Program-made: the position numbers and the translations under genes
The notes under the pieces: model-generated
What the model was told of the DNA's origin: nothing
Seen by the model: the letters and a program-made list of their open reading frames with translations, nothing else
The model's database searches: none
DNA from: a virus
Virus record (IMG/VR): IMGVR_UViG_3300027714_000005
Length of the DNA stretch: 64,000 nucleotides
Reading direction: 5' to 3' (one strand)
Part shown: positions 17,668 through 26,914 of the stretch, in pieces
How positions within the stretch are numbered: position 1 is the stretch's first letter
How the letters are laid out: each line of letters opens with the position of its first letter

Positions 17668-17928
17668 ATGATACAGTTACTTGGAACAGAAGCTGCCTGT
17701 GGAGATTCCACAGGTACAGCATCAAACTTTAGTGGTGCATCACTTGTACGACTATACAACTCAACCACCTCTGACCATCTAGTAACACTGGAACAGACTG
17801 GTGGTACTGATATCGGAACACTTACCCTTACAGCAAAGGGTGTTGTTGAACTAAGAAAATTACCGACTGATAAAATCTTTGCTGCCAATGTTGGTGTCAA
17901 GGGTGTTGCAGTTGGATTCACTTACTAA
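17668..17928 (+). CDS. small beta-rich putative virion protein
   Basis: GAGG SD; Gly/Thr/Ala rich. Confidence 0.65.
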   Translation: MIQLLGTEAACGDSTGTASNFSGASLVRLYNSTTSDHLVTLEQTGGTDIGTLTLTAKGVVELRKLPTDKIFAANVGVKGVAVGFTY

Positions 17929-17944
17929 ATTATAGGAACACAAT

Positions 17945-18310
17945 ATGACTATTCAAGCTCCCGCATGGTGCGAAAACGCAGTACCGACAGCGAACGGTTG
18001 GACAGACCCACAGACTGGTGAAGTGTATTCTTCTGGACGATTCACCCCAGAACAGATTGCAGAGTTTCACGGTGTAACCGCACCACAGAAAGCACCAGAA
18101 GTACTGGTAGAAGTTCCGGTCAATGACTTTACAAAATCTCAGGGTCATTACAAAACTCCAACTATGTTAACTGAAGCACCTGTTGGTGGTAAGTCTCTTG
18201 ACGAGATGACTAAGATTGAACTTGAAGCACTAGGACGTACCCACGGTATCGAACTTGACCGCAGAAAGTCTAAGTCAGACCTTATTGACGAAGTAAAAGA
18301 CTTACTTTAA
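17945..18310 (+). CDS. hypothetical protein with C-terminal Rho-N/HeH-like motif
   Basis: LDEMTKIELEALGRTHGIELDRRKSKSDLI. Confidence 0.65.
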   Translation: MTIQAPAWCENAVPTANGWTDPQTGEVYSSGRFTPEQIAEFHGVTAPQKAPEVLVEVPVNDFTKSQGHYKTPTMLTEAPVGGKSLDEMTKIELEALGRTHGIELDRRKSKSDLIDEVKDLL

Positions 18311-18319
18311 ACAAACCCT

Positions 18320-18354
18320 AAGTAGAGGGGTATACTAAAATACCCCTTTTACTT
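18320..18354 (+). terminator. hairpin / probable intrinsic terminator
   Basis: AGGGGTAT-ACTAAA-ATACCCCT followed by TTT. Confidence 0.55.
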
Positions 18355-18365
18355 GGAATTACATA

Positions 18366-18734
18366 ATGTTGCAACTCACTAAAGACAACCTTACTCTATA
18401 CGCTGCACAACACTATGTCAATCCCCTGTGTATTGATAGTGAAGAGTTCTTCGAAGACCTCAAGAAATTCAAGTACGTAAAACGGTTACTCAATCGTTAT
18501 AGAGACACGGGTGTATTATCCGAACGTCTCATACTCAACCATCTAATAGTAATATTCAACGTGTTTGGATACCAAGCAGGATTAGACATCCTTGAATTAA
18601 AGGTAGAACTCGAACACTGGGGTACACTCAAACCATTCCTTATATTCCTCAAGGCAATCAACAACACCGAATATACCAATATAGAAATGGATAAGGTTGT
18701 TGTCGAATCACTCCGAGCGATAACAGACAAATAA
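18366..18734 (+). CDS. conserved T4-like hypothetical protein
   Basis: YAAQHY.NP.C...EF.EDL..FKY.KRL...ERLILNH...FNVFG. Confidence 0.75.
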   Translation: MLQLTKDNLTLYAAQHYVNPLCIDSEEFFEDLKKFKYVKRLLNRYRDTGVLSERLILNHLIVIFNVFGYQAGLDILELKVELEHWGTLKPFLIFLKAINNTEYTNIEMDKVVVESLRAITDK

Positions 18735-18757
18735 ATTAAAAACATTTGAATTTAAGG

Positions 18758-18765
18758 TATAAATA
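18758..18765 (+). promoter_or_regulatory. T4-type late promoter
   Basis: TATAAATA immediately upstream of ATG 18771. Confidence 0.7.
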
Positions 18766-18770
18766 GTATT

Positions 18771-19391
18771 ATGGGAATATTAAAAACAGCAGCAGACTTA
18801 GTATACACGATTCGGTTCTTGAAACTGTTAGTCACTCCGATTGAGAACACTGACGCATTCAAGAAAGGTATTGTTGATATAAACGGTAAACGTAAGAAGG
18901 AATTCAATACGAATAGTACTGATGACCGTGATGCGTATCGTTCACACTATACACCTTTCCACCGACTTGTATTCAACCTCAAGAAGATCATGGCGAAAGC
19001 ACCAGGCGGTTCGTCTGTGATTGCACGTTATGGTGCCGCACTCGCACTCATTAAAGAACACGGTGAACTGTCTGATAAGAATCTAGACAGGATACACAAT
19101 GCCACTGGTATCGATATTTTGGATTGTCTTGCAGAAGACTCTCAGTGGTTTATGATTGAGAACAAAGAACTATCCCACGGCATCTATCGCATGAAATACG
19201 ATACTGTCACCGCAAACTCCGCTGGGAATACGATACAATGCGAAGATGTTGTTAAGAAAGATGACAAGGTACGAATATGTCTGGGTCATCAAGAACCTAT
19301 TATGGAAGTATTAGGTATTGACATCTATAAAGGAATACACCTGAACTCTAACCAGTGGGTGTATTTCACAACCGGAGAAATAGTTCGATGA
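18771..19391 (+). CDS. conserved T4-like hypothetical protein
   Basis: DLVYTIRFLKLLVTP...AFKKGI.D..G...YTPFHRLVFNLK. Confidence 0.75.
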   Translation: MGILKTAADLVYTIRFLKLLVTPIENTDAFKKGIVDINGKRKKEFNTNSTDDRDAYRSHYTPFHRLVFNLKKIMAKAPGGSSVIARYGAALALIKEHGELSDKNLDRIHNATGIDILDCLAEDSQWFMIENKELSHGIYRMKYDTVTANSAGNTIQCEDVVKKDDKVRICLGHQEPIMEVLGIDIYKGIHLNSNQWVYFTTGEIVR

Positions 19392-19558
19392 GAAATTTCA
19401 ATAAGTTTTATGAGGAGATGACCAGTGTTGGTTCAGTGGCCGGTCTTACTGGCGAACCTCCTGTTCATCTAAAGAAGAAGAAGAAGAAGAAACCCGATGT
19501 TGTAAAACGGTTCATGGCTAATCGTAAAGAACACAAGGGTGTAACGCATAGGAAGTAA
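19388..19558 (+). CDS. small basic putative internal head protein
   Basis: MRNFNKFYEE start, poly-Lys; GGAG SD, ATGA overlap. Confidence 0.6.
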   Translation: MRNFNKFYEEMTSVGSVAGLTGEPPVHLKKKKKKKPDVVKRFMANRKEHKGVTHRK

Positions 19559-19561
19559 ATT

Positions 19562-20020
19562 ATGTTAAGTGGATTATTAGGTAGTCTGTTAGGATTTGGT
19601 GGTTCTGTTGTACCCGCAATCACCGGACACTTTCAAAAGAAGTCGGACAACAAGTTCGAACTCCAGAAGATGGAGAAAATGGCAGAACTCCGTGCAAAGG
19701 GTTTTGACCATGAAGTCAAGATGTATGAACAGCAGGGTGCGGATAAAGAGCATGACCGTCTGATTCAACACGACATTTCAATCAACCAAGGTACAGGTAT
19801 CATTGCAGGTCTACAGAAATCTGTACGTCCAGTAATTACATACGCATTCTTCGGTCTGTTCGTTACAATCGAGATTGCACTTCTAAGGGAAGCACTGGAT
19901 AGTGGTTTGCCACTTGCAGATTCTCTGGGACTATTGTGGGATGGTGACACCAAGGCAATCTTTGCCGCTATCATATCGTTCTGGTTCGGTTCTCGCGCCA
20001 TAGACAAACAACGAAAATAA
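19562..20020 (+). CDS. 3-TM holin-like protein
   Basis: SVRPVITY ... IISFWFGSR. Confidence 0.65.
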   Translation: MLSGLLGSLLGFGGSVVPAITGHFQKKSDNKFELQKMEKMAELRAKGFDHEVKMYEQQGADKEHDRLIQHDISINQGTGIIAGLQKSVRPVITYAFFGLFVTIEIALLREALDSGLPLADSLGLLWDGDTKAIFAAIISFWFGSRAIDKQRK

Positions 20021-20033
20021 ATTTCAAATAAGC

Positions 20034-20062
20034 TTGACTATACCCCTTAATTGGGGTATAAT
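20034..20062 (+). promoter_or_regulatory. sigma70 promoter of nrdA with inverted repeat in spacer
   Basis: TTGACT-17-TATAAT; TATACCCC-N6-GGGGTATA. Confidence 0.7.
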
Positions 20063-20128
20063 ACACCAATTGAAAAATCTAAGGGGTATATATAATACTA
20101 CCCCCCAGAATAACTATACTTATGGAAA

Positions 20129-22120
20129 GTGAAAATGCCCCTCAAAATTGACAAGAAGAAAGACTCCCTACTAGAAGAATACGCAGTTGGGATGTTAAAA
20201 GATTTTTATTTAAATGATAATGAAAAAAGTCCTCAAGAGGGGTTCGCAAGAGCATCACAAGCATGGAGTAAGTACCGAGATGAAATGGACGATGAGTTAG
20301 CTCAACGTCTATACAATTACGTCTCTAATAAATGGTTCATGTTCGCATCACCTGTACTATCTAATGCACCTAGTGGTGATAAGAAAGGCAAAGGTATGCC
20401 TATCAGTTGTTTCCTTACCTATGTACCCGACACACTAGAAGGTCTGATTGGACACTCATCCGAGTTAAGATGGTTATCCGTCATGGGTGGTGGTGTAGGC
20501 GGTCATTGGTCTGATGTAAGAACTGTATCTGATATTGCGCCTGGCCCAATGCCGTTCCTTCATACTGTTGACGCAGATATGATTGCGTACCGTCAAGGTA
20601 AGACTCGCAAGGGTTCCTATGCGGCATACATGGATGTGAGTCATCCAGACATCATCGAATTCTTAAATATGCGTGTACCTACGGGTGACGTACAACGTAA
20701 AGCATTGAACCTACACAATGCTATCAATATTACTGATGAGTTCATGGAAGCGGTTACTAGTGGTAACACGTTCGACCTACGTGACCCCAAGGACGGTTCT
20801 GTCAAAGAATCTGTCAATGCACGTAAGTTATGGGAACGTATCCTAGAGACACGATTCCGTACTGGTGAACCGTACATGAACTTCATTGACACCGCAAACG
20901 CATCGTTACCCCAACCACTGAAAGATAAAGGATTGAAAATACATGGCTCTAATCTATGCAATGAGATACATTTACCCACAGATGCACAACGCACTGCCGT
21001 TTGTTGTCTGTCTTCTCTAAATCTGGAATACTACGATGACTGGAAAGATACCAGTATTGTTCGTGACATTATCCGTATGTTGGATAACGTCTTGCAGTAC
21101 TTCATTGACAATGCACCCGACACAATTTCACGTGCAAGGTTTAGTGCCTCCCGTGAACGTAGTATCGGACTTGGTGCAATGGGATTCCACTCACTATTAC
21201 AGAAACATGGAGTGGCATGGGAATCTGAAGCAGCACGAGAAATCAACAAAGTCGTGTTCCGTCATATTCAAGACGAAGCTATCCGAGAAACCGAGTTACT
21301 CGCCACCGAACGTGGAGAGTATCCAGACGGTGAAGGGAGTGGTAGACGTAATTCTCACCTTCTTGCAATCGCTCCAAATGCGTCAAGTGGTGTTATCCTG
21401 TCAACCTCCCCGTCCATCGAACCACTGAAGGCGAATGCATACACCCACAGAACACGTGCGGGTTCATTCCTTGTAAAGAATAAATACCTTGACCAATTAC
21501 TTACTGATAAGGGTCAGAACAACGAGTCCAACTGGACATCGATTATCACTAACAAAGGTTCGGTACAACATCTACCATTCTTCACAGAAGGTGAGAAGGC
21601 AATCTTTAGGACTGCCGCAGAGTTGGACATGAACTGGGTTGTTACCCATGCGGCAGAGAGACAACCGTTTATCTGTCAGGGTCAATCCGTTAACTTGTTC
21701 TTCCCGTCTGGTGCGGACAAGTCATATGTAAACAAGGTACACATAAAAGCATGGAAAGAAGGACTTAAAGGTCTGTATTACCTACGCACAGAAGCAAAAC
21801 AAAGAGCAGAGAATGTATCTGAGAAGGTAGAACGTGTGGCACTTGCGGGTGATATGCGTAGTATAGTCTATAGTAAAGCAGACTGTCCTTTCTGTTCAAT
21901 GGCAATGGAAGAACTGAAGTTGAGAGGAATACCTTATGATAAGATAGACCTCAAAGAAATCGGTAAGACTGCAAAAGAAGTAACAGGACGAGATGTTAAG
22001 ACAGTCCCCCAAATCTATATTGAAGGTGAGTATGTAGGTGGATATGAAGACTTAATGGAATATTTAAATAAACCAATAGAGACAAGCGAAGACGATGAAT
22101 GTCGCGCTTGTGAGGGATAA
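20129..22120 (+). CDS. nrdA: ribonucleotide reductase class Ia alpha subunit with fused glutaredoxin domain
   Basis: PISCFL, SNLCNEI, VCCLSSLN, AIAPNASS, KGLYYLR; Grx CPFC/TVPQI/VGGY; terminal CRAC. Confidence 0.95.
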   Translation: MKMPLKIDKKKDSLLEEYAVGMLKDFYLNDNEKSPQEGFARASQAWSKYRDEMDDELAQRLYNYVSNKWFMFASPVLSNAPSGDKKGKGMPISCFLTYVPDTLEGLIGHSSELRWLSVMGGGVGGHWSDVRTVSDIAPGPMPFLHTVDADMIAYRQGKTRKGSYAAYMDVSHPDIIEFLNMRVPTGDVQRKALNLHNAINITDEFMEAVTSGNTFDLRDPKDGSVKESVNARKLWERILETRFRTGEPYMNFIDTANASLPQPLKDKGLKIHGSNLCNEIHLPTDAQRTAVCCLSSLNLEYYDDWKDTSIVRDIIRMLDNVLQYFIDNAPDTISRARFSASRERSIGLGAMGFHSLLQKHGVAWESEAAREINKVVFRHIQDEAIRETELLATERGEYPDGEGSGRRNSHLLAIAPNASSGVILSTSPSIEPLKANAYTHRTRAGSFLVKNKYLDQLLTDKGQNNESNWTSIITNKGSVQHLPFFTEGEKAIFRTAAELDMNWVVTHAAERQPFICQGQSVNLFFPSGADKSYVNKVHIKAWKEGLKGLYYLRTEAKQRAENVSEKVERVALAGDMRSIVYSKADCPFCSMAMEELKLRGIPYDKIDLKEIGKTAKEVTGRDVKTVPQIYIEGEYVGGYEDLMEYLNKPIETSEDDECRACEG

Positions 22121-22125
22121 GACAG

Positions 22126-23112
22126 ATGGCACTACTAGAATTTAGCAAAACATACAAACCATTCAAGTTTCCGTGGGCCGTAGAACTGACCAAGAAACAT
22201 GAAGAGATTCACTGGACAGAGGATGAGGCAGATTTATCTGAAGACATCCAAGATTGGAAACTTAAACTTTCTACACAGGAAAAGGAATTCATTACTCAGG
22301 TACTACGATTGTTCACACAGTCGGACGTACAGGTTGGTGAGAACTACCATGAGTTGATGATACCCAAGTTTAAGAACAACGAGATACGCAATATGTTATC
22401 CTCGTTCGCAAACCGTGAAGGTGTACACCAACGTGCGTATGCTCTACTGAATGATACCCTTGGTCTACCAGACGAAGAACATTCTGCCTTTATGGAATAC
22501 AAAGAGATGGCAGACAAGATTGACTTTATGAAAGAGGGTGACATTCACTCTCATACAGGACTGGCACTAGTACTCGCACAGTCTGTATTCAACGAAGGTA
22601 TGTCTCTGTTCGCATCATTTGTTATGTTACTGAACTTCCAACGTTTCGGTAAGATGAAAGGTATGGGTACTATTGTTGAGTGGTCTATACGTGACGAGAC
22701 AATGCACGTACAGGGTAACGCAAAGCTGTACCGTGAGTTCTGCGAAGAACATCCACGTATCGTTAACGATGAGTTGAAGTCTAAGATTTACGAGATGGCA
22801 AAGAATGCTGTCAAGTTAGAAGAACGATTCATTCACCTTGCATACCAGTCTGGTGAGATTGAAGGACTATCAGAGAATGACGTTAAACAATACATTCGAC
22901 ACATTGCTGATCGTAGACTACTACAACTTGGTATGAAACCTAAGTTCGGTGTGAAGGACAATCCACTACCGTGGTTGGACTGGGTACTGAATGGTGCGTC
23001 ACACGACAACTTCTTTGAGAAGAGAGTCACCGAGTATTCTGTAAATGGTATGGAAGGTGACTGGGGTTGGGACGAAGAACCTCCTGTGCGTGATGTTGCC
23101 AGTTACGTATGA
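22126..23112 (+). CDS. nrdB: ribonucleotide reductase class I beta subunit
   Basis: FTQSD, EGVHQRAY, EGMSLF, RDETMH, NFFEKRVTEY. Confidence 0.95.
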   Translation: MALLEFSKTYKPFKFPWAVELTKKHEEIHWTEDEADLSEDIQDWKLKLSTQEKEFITQVLRLFTQSDVQVGENYHELMIPKFKNNEIRNMLSSFANREGVHQRAYALLNDTLGLPDEEHSAFMEYKEMADKIDFMKEGDIHSHTGLALVLAQSVFNEGMSLFASFVMLLNFQRFGKMKGMGTIVEWSIRDETMHVQGNAKLYREFCEEHPRIVNDELKSKIYEMAKNAVKLEERFIHLAYQSGEIEGLSENDVKQYIRHIADRRLLQLGMKPKFGVKDNPLPWLDWVLNGASHDNFFEKRVTEYSVNGMEGDWGWDEEPPVRDVASYV

Positions 23113-23234
23113 TCGACTTTGAACCTGAAACATACGAATTGGACTGTGGTGTATGTGAATCACATACCGAAGTACTTGTGGTGAACAGTGAGGAGGAACC
23201 TCAGTACTGTCCTATGTGTGGTACACCAATATAA
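23109..23234 (+). CDS. 41-aa zinc-ribbon protein (not in ORF track)
   Basis: MIDFEPETYELDCGVCESHTEVLVVNSEEEPQYCPMCGTPI*; two CxxC; ATGA overlap. Confidence 0.7.
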   Translation: MIDFEPETYELDCGVCESHTEVLVVNSEEEPQYCPMCGTPI

Positions 23235-23253
23235 CCTAGTTATATATAACTTC

Positions 23254-23670
23254 ATGTGGATATATGAAGATAAAGAGTTTGAACCAGAAGACGAGTTCTT
23301 GGAGCAATTCCAAGGATTCGTGTACTGCTTGACTGAGTTAAGTACTGGTAAAAAGTATATCGGTAAGAAATTCTTCTGGAAACCCAAGATACTCCCTGTT
23401 ACAAAAACGAGAAAGAGACGTAAACGAACACGAGTCCAATCGGACTGGCGTAAGTACTATGGTTCCTCGGAAAGTGTAAAAACCCTTGTTGAAGGTGGCC
23501 AGAACTTCAGGAGAGAGGTTCTCAGACTATGTCACACCAAAGGTGACTGTTCATACTACGAAGCAAAACTACAGTTCCAATACGATGTTCTATTGAGTGA
23601 CGAATACTTTAACGAATTTATAGGGTGTAAAATTCATGCAAAACACATTAGACCGAAAATTAATAAATAA
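23254..23670 (+). CDS. GIY-YIG family nuclease-like protein
   Basis: GFVYCLT...GKKYIGKK...SDWRKYYGS; start at MWIY. Confidence 0.75.
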   Translation: MWIYEDKEFEPEDEFLEQFQGFVYCLTELSTGKKYIGKKFFWKPKILPVTKTRKRRKRTRVQSDWRKYYGSSESVKTLVEGGQNFRREVLRLCHTKGDCSYYEAKLQFQYDVLLSDEYFNEFIGCKIHAKHIRPKINK

Positions 23671-24574
23671 AGATATTGGTTATATCGGATTTGGAGAAGG
23701 GGTTCCCCTGACCTATGATGACCTGTGTGTTAGAATCAATAGAGTAAAACACGCATTACTCCAACGAGGCGTACAGAAGAATGATATTGTTAGAATCGAC
23801 TGTCTCTCAGCAAACCCCGATTCTGTTGCTTCATTCTTTGCTGTTGCTGAGTTAGGTTGTAATACACCTTTATTGTATGACAACTTATGGGCCAGTACTG
23901 ATCATTACATGAACAAGGAAAATATTCTCCCAGACCCAGAAAACACGTGGGAGAACATCAGGGATAAAGAGTTTCGATTGTCAGATATGCTCACCCCCAT
24001 CGCACAGGGAATGACTAAGGGTGATATCATGGGTGGTATTGGAAACAAATACCACTATGCAGCGGGTTCGTTTGGTAGAGAAGTTATAACGATAAACTAC
24101 TCCGAGTTTGTGGATATGCCCGACCATGATATTGAACCACCGTGGGACGTGACCGAGAATGATTTATTTGGTTTGCAGACCTTTAATAGTTTAGTATATC
24201 CAATAACACAGAAAGAGATTGTTGATAAGGCACGTGACTGTATCGACATCTTTGGTTATGCGGGAAAGAAGGTTGTGATTACTAAGAGTCAACACCATCA
24301 AAACTCTTTTGAGTTGTGTATCCTTCCCGCACTAATGTCTGCTCGTAGAATTTTCGAAATACCAGTGCCGGATTCGTACACCGATTTGGATGAAAATGTT
24401 AATGCGATTACGGATAGACTGAGACGAACGTGCACTCTGATGATGAAGAGAAACGGAGTTGACCTTGTCTGGGGTGTGTCGGAAGAGTTTCACGCAAAGG
24501 GTTTGACATACATTAGTGCTCAAGGAAACGACTGTACGGATGTAAACTCAAGGCCGACTTGTCATGTTAATTAA
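23636..24574 (+). CDS. degenerate AMP-binding (ANL) family protein
   Basis: LTYDDL...L...GVQKND.V; FAVAELG; HH..S...ILPALM; paralog of next gene. Confidence 0.55.
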   Translation: MQNTLDRKLINKDIGYIGFGEGVPLTYDDLCVRINRVKHALLQRGVQKNDIVRIDCLSANPDSVASFFAVAELGCNTPLLYDNLWASTDHYMNKENILPDPENTWENIRDKEFRLSDMLTPIAQGMTKGDIMGGIGNKYHYAAGSFGREVITINYSEFVDMPDHDIEPPWDVTENDLFGLQTFNSLVYPITQKEIVDKARDCIDIFGYAGKKVVITKSQHHQNSFELCILPALMSARRIFEIPVPDSYTDLDENVNAITDRLRRTCTLMMKRNGVDLVWGVSEEFHAKGLTYISAQGNDCTDVNSRPTCHVN

Positions 24575-25790
24575 CCGTAATATGGTAGGTCTACATGGAC
24601 GTGGCATTGTCTTTGATAAAGGCAGAGGATTGTCTGAACTACATGAGAAGATAGATTCGGTAAAGACTCTGTTGAGTAATGTTGGTGCGAACAAGGGTGA
24701 CCTAGTCACCATTGCTATTATGGAGGTAGACCTTACACATATCGCATCGATCTTTGCGTGTGGTGAATTAGGACTGAGAATCTTTATCTTAGATAGTCCT
24801 GCGACCAGAGAGTCTCTCCCGTTTACCAAACTTGCTTTACACGGGCCATCCGACTACTACCTCTACAGTACTCAAGAAGATACCGAGAATATATACAACG
24901 GTCTTCACGATGAGATGTTGGGACGTTATGGTGGTCTTGGTATTGACGCAACAGCACAACCAGATTACCTAGACTTTCCAAATGTTGAAGTGTTACCAAC
25001 AGACCCATTCTTGGTAAGTTCTACATCTGGAACCACCGGCCCGAGTAAACCCATCACTTTCTCACACCAAGAAGTCTATGACATATCCAAACGTAATATT
25101 AACGTGTTTTGGTTTGGACATGATGCCAAGGTGGTACATTCCAGAAACCTACACCATGCATCCGCAATATTGACTCACCTGTTTCCCGCACTGATGAATG
25201 CGTACTCACACAGTTCATTTGCGATTGGACACGACCTGAGTGCTGATGAAGATGCTGACCGGATGGTAGGTCTCAAAGACTTACTGAGAGAACCTCCATC
25301 CAATATTATGATACCCAACAAGGAAGAACTCTATGATTTCTTAGAGACATTTGGGGGTGCATTCCGTAATACAGTCAATATCAATATGTGTGGATTCGTA
25401 CTGGACGAGGAGTTTGTTGACCTTGCGAGAGAATACAATGTTTGTTTCCAGTCACATTTTGGTAGTATTGATACTGCTATACCATTGTTTATAAACCGTG
25501 TGGACAAGGACTCAATCGTCATTCCCAATTCACTAGGGGTACTATGTGATGACTTTTACAAGACAACCCTTGAGAATGGACGTATGAAGGTAGAACACCC
25601 CCTCTGGGACGCACCAAGGTACATTGACGATGATCTTATGATATTTGACGGACAGTATATTCTAATGAGTTCTCGTGATGTTGATGTCAACCTACCAGAT
25701 GGATTTGACATATCACCGTTCTTTCAAGACACCAAAATTAATTACGAACAACTAAGAGGGCACTTAAATGTTATTGCTAAACGGGTGTAG
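24564..25790 (+). CDS. AMP-binding (ANL adenylation) family protein
   Basis: STSGTTGPSKPI.FSH A3 motif; LHHAS; SHFGSIDT. Confidence 0.75.
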   Translation: MLINRNMVGLHGRGIVFDKGRGLSELHEKIDSVKTLLSNVGANKGDLVTIAIMEVDLTHIASIFACGELGLRIFILDSPATRESLPFTKLALHGPSDYYLYSTQEDTENIYNGLHDEMLGRYGGLGIDATAQPDYLDFPNVEVLPTDPFLVSSTSGTTGPSKPITFSHQEVYDISKRNINVFWFGHDAKVVHSRNLHHASAILTHLFPALMNAYSHSSFAIGHDLSADEDADRMVGLKDLLREPPSNIMIPNKEELYDFLETFGGAFRNTVNINMCGFVLDEEFVDLAREYNVCFQSHFGSIDTAIPLFINRVDKDSIVIPNSLGVLCDDFYKTTLENGRMKVEHPLWDAPRYIDDDLMIFDGQYILMSSRDVDVNLPDGFDISPFFQDTKINYEQLRGHLNVIAKRV

Positions 25791-26586
25791 TTTTGTCTAC
25801 GGAGATGAACTAGAAGGTTATGACAACACACCACCAACACATTGGCCTCATACATTTGGTCACCAACTTGCGGAGAAACTAGACATTGATTATGATAACA
25901 TCGCTGCGTGTGGTAATTGCAATCAAAAGATATTTCGAGAGACTGTAGACTACTTGACTAGTAGTAAAGACACACCGTCACACATGATGATATTGTGGTC
26001 AGACCCCATCCGAAAAGAAACGTTACTTGAAGTGAAGGATTCAGTTGAAACTTCAGAATTCGAAACACCTCGTAATATGTCTATGACACAGTGGCACGAA
26101 AATCGAATAGGGGATCTGTTACTCTCTATGTCAGAAAATGTTGCTGTGAAACACTCCAATCATATGTTATATAACCATTTAATAAACTTTGAACTCGAAC
26201 GAAGAACTGTTGACATATTTCTATCCACGTTTTGTACAGGGATGACCCACCAATTATCACTGATGTTGGGAATGCAAACCCTGTGTGACAGTATGGGTAT
26301 TAAGTTGGTACAGGGAGTATTCCACCTAAATATCAGGACAGAATTAAATAAGTTCTTAAATAGAATAGACAGGGAAGCAAGAGTTACCTCCAGTCAGGTA
26401 ATTGATTGGAGGAAATGGGTACTCGAAACACTAGACAAACTTCGGCCAGAGTGTCAGGTTGGGTTGGTGGGGTCTAGTAAGACCTTAATAGACTTTAACA
26501 ACTCTCGCAGACTTAAAAAATATGGTCACCCTGACGAGCAAGCAAACAAGGAATTCGCAGATTATTTGGAAACTTTCTTCAATTAA
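25768..26586 (+). CDS. SGNH-like hydrolase (DUF6071-like)
   Basis: NGCSFVYGDEL, NIA..G.CN..I, WS...R.E, GHPDE. Confidence 0.7.
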   Translation: MLLLNGCSFVYGDELEGYDNTPPTHWPHTFGHQLAEKLDIDYDNIAACGNCNQKIFRETVDYLTSSKDTPSHMMILWSDPIRKETLLEVKDSVETSEFETPRNMSMTQWHENRIGDLLLSMSENVAVKHSNHMLYNHLINFELERRTVDIFLSTFCTGMTHQLSLMLGMQTLCDSMGIKLVQGVFHLNIRTELNKFLNRIDREARVTSSQVIDWRKWVLETLDKLRPECQVGLVGSSKTLIDFNNSRRLKKYGHPDEQANKEFADYLETFFN

Positions 26587-26599
26587 TTGAAAATAATGC

Positions 26600-26660
26600 T
26601 TGACAAAGGGTGCTGTTGTTGTTATAATAAGTACTTAGTTAATCGAGTTGAGAGAGAAAT
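26600..26660 (+). promoter_or_regulatory. early promoter cassette, class A copy 4
   Basis: TTGACA-17-TATAAT + leader. Confidence 0.9.
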
Positions 26661-26846
26661 ATGATTGAAGTTGGTGATGTTGTTTATTGTAACTGGGGTG
26701 CGATGCATCCAACCGAAGAACTTGCTGTTACCAAGATCGAAGGTGATCGTATGTGGTGCGAAGGTGGTTTTACCATGTTGCTTCGTGACCTACGTAATAT
26801 GAGCATGAACTATAACAGTCCTATCGGTGTCTATTTATTGAAATAA
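26661..26846 (+). CDS. small early hypothetical protein
   Basis: Follows cassette; NWGAMHPTE ... SPIGVY. Confidence 0.75.
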   Translation: MIEVGDVVYCNWGAMHPTEELAVTKIEGDRMWCEGGFTMLLRDLRNMSMNYNSPIGVYLLK

Positions 26847-26849
26847 CGC

Positions 26850-26914
26850 TTGACAAACGTTGCCCTTGTTGTTATAATAAGTACTTAGTTAATCAATTTG
26901 AGAGAGAATATATT
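26850..26914 (+). promoter_or_regulatory. early promoter cassette, class A copy 5
   Basis: TTGACA-17-TATAAT + leader variant. Confidence 0.9.

Noticed and set aside
19471-19492. (AAG)n microsatellite as a phase-variation site
   Set aside because: Triplet repeat encoding poly-Lys; length change would not shift the frame.
20129-23670. Group I intron or intein in nrdA/nrdB associated with the GIY-YIG gene
   Set aside because: Both nrd ORFs are uninterrupted and show no intein motifs; the GIY-YIG gene is free-standing.
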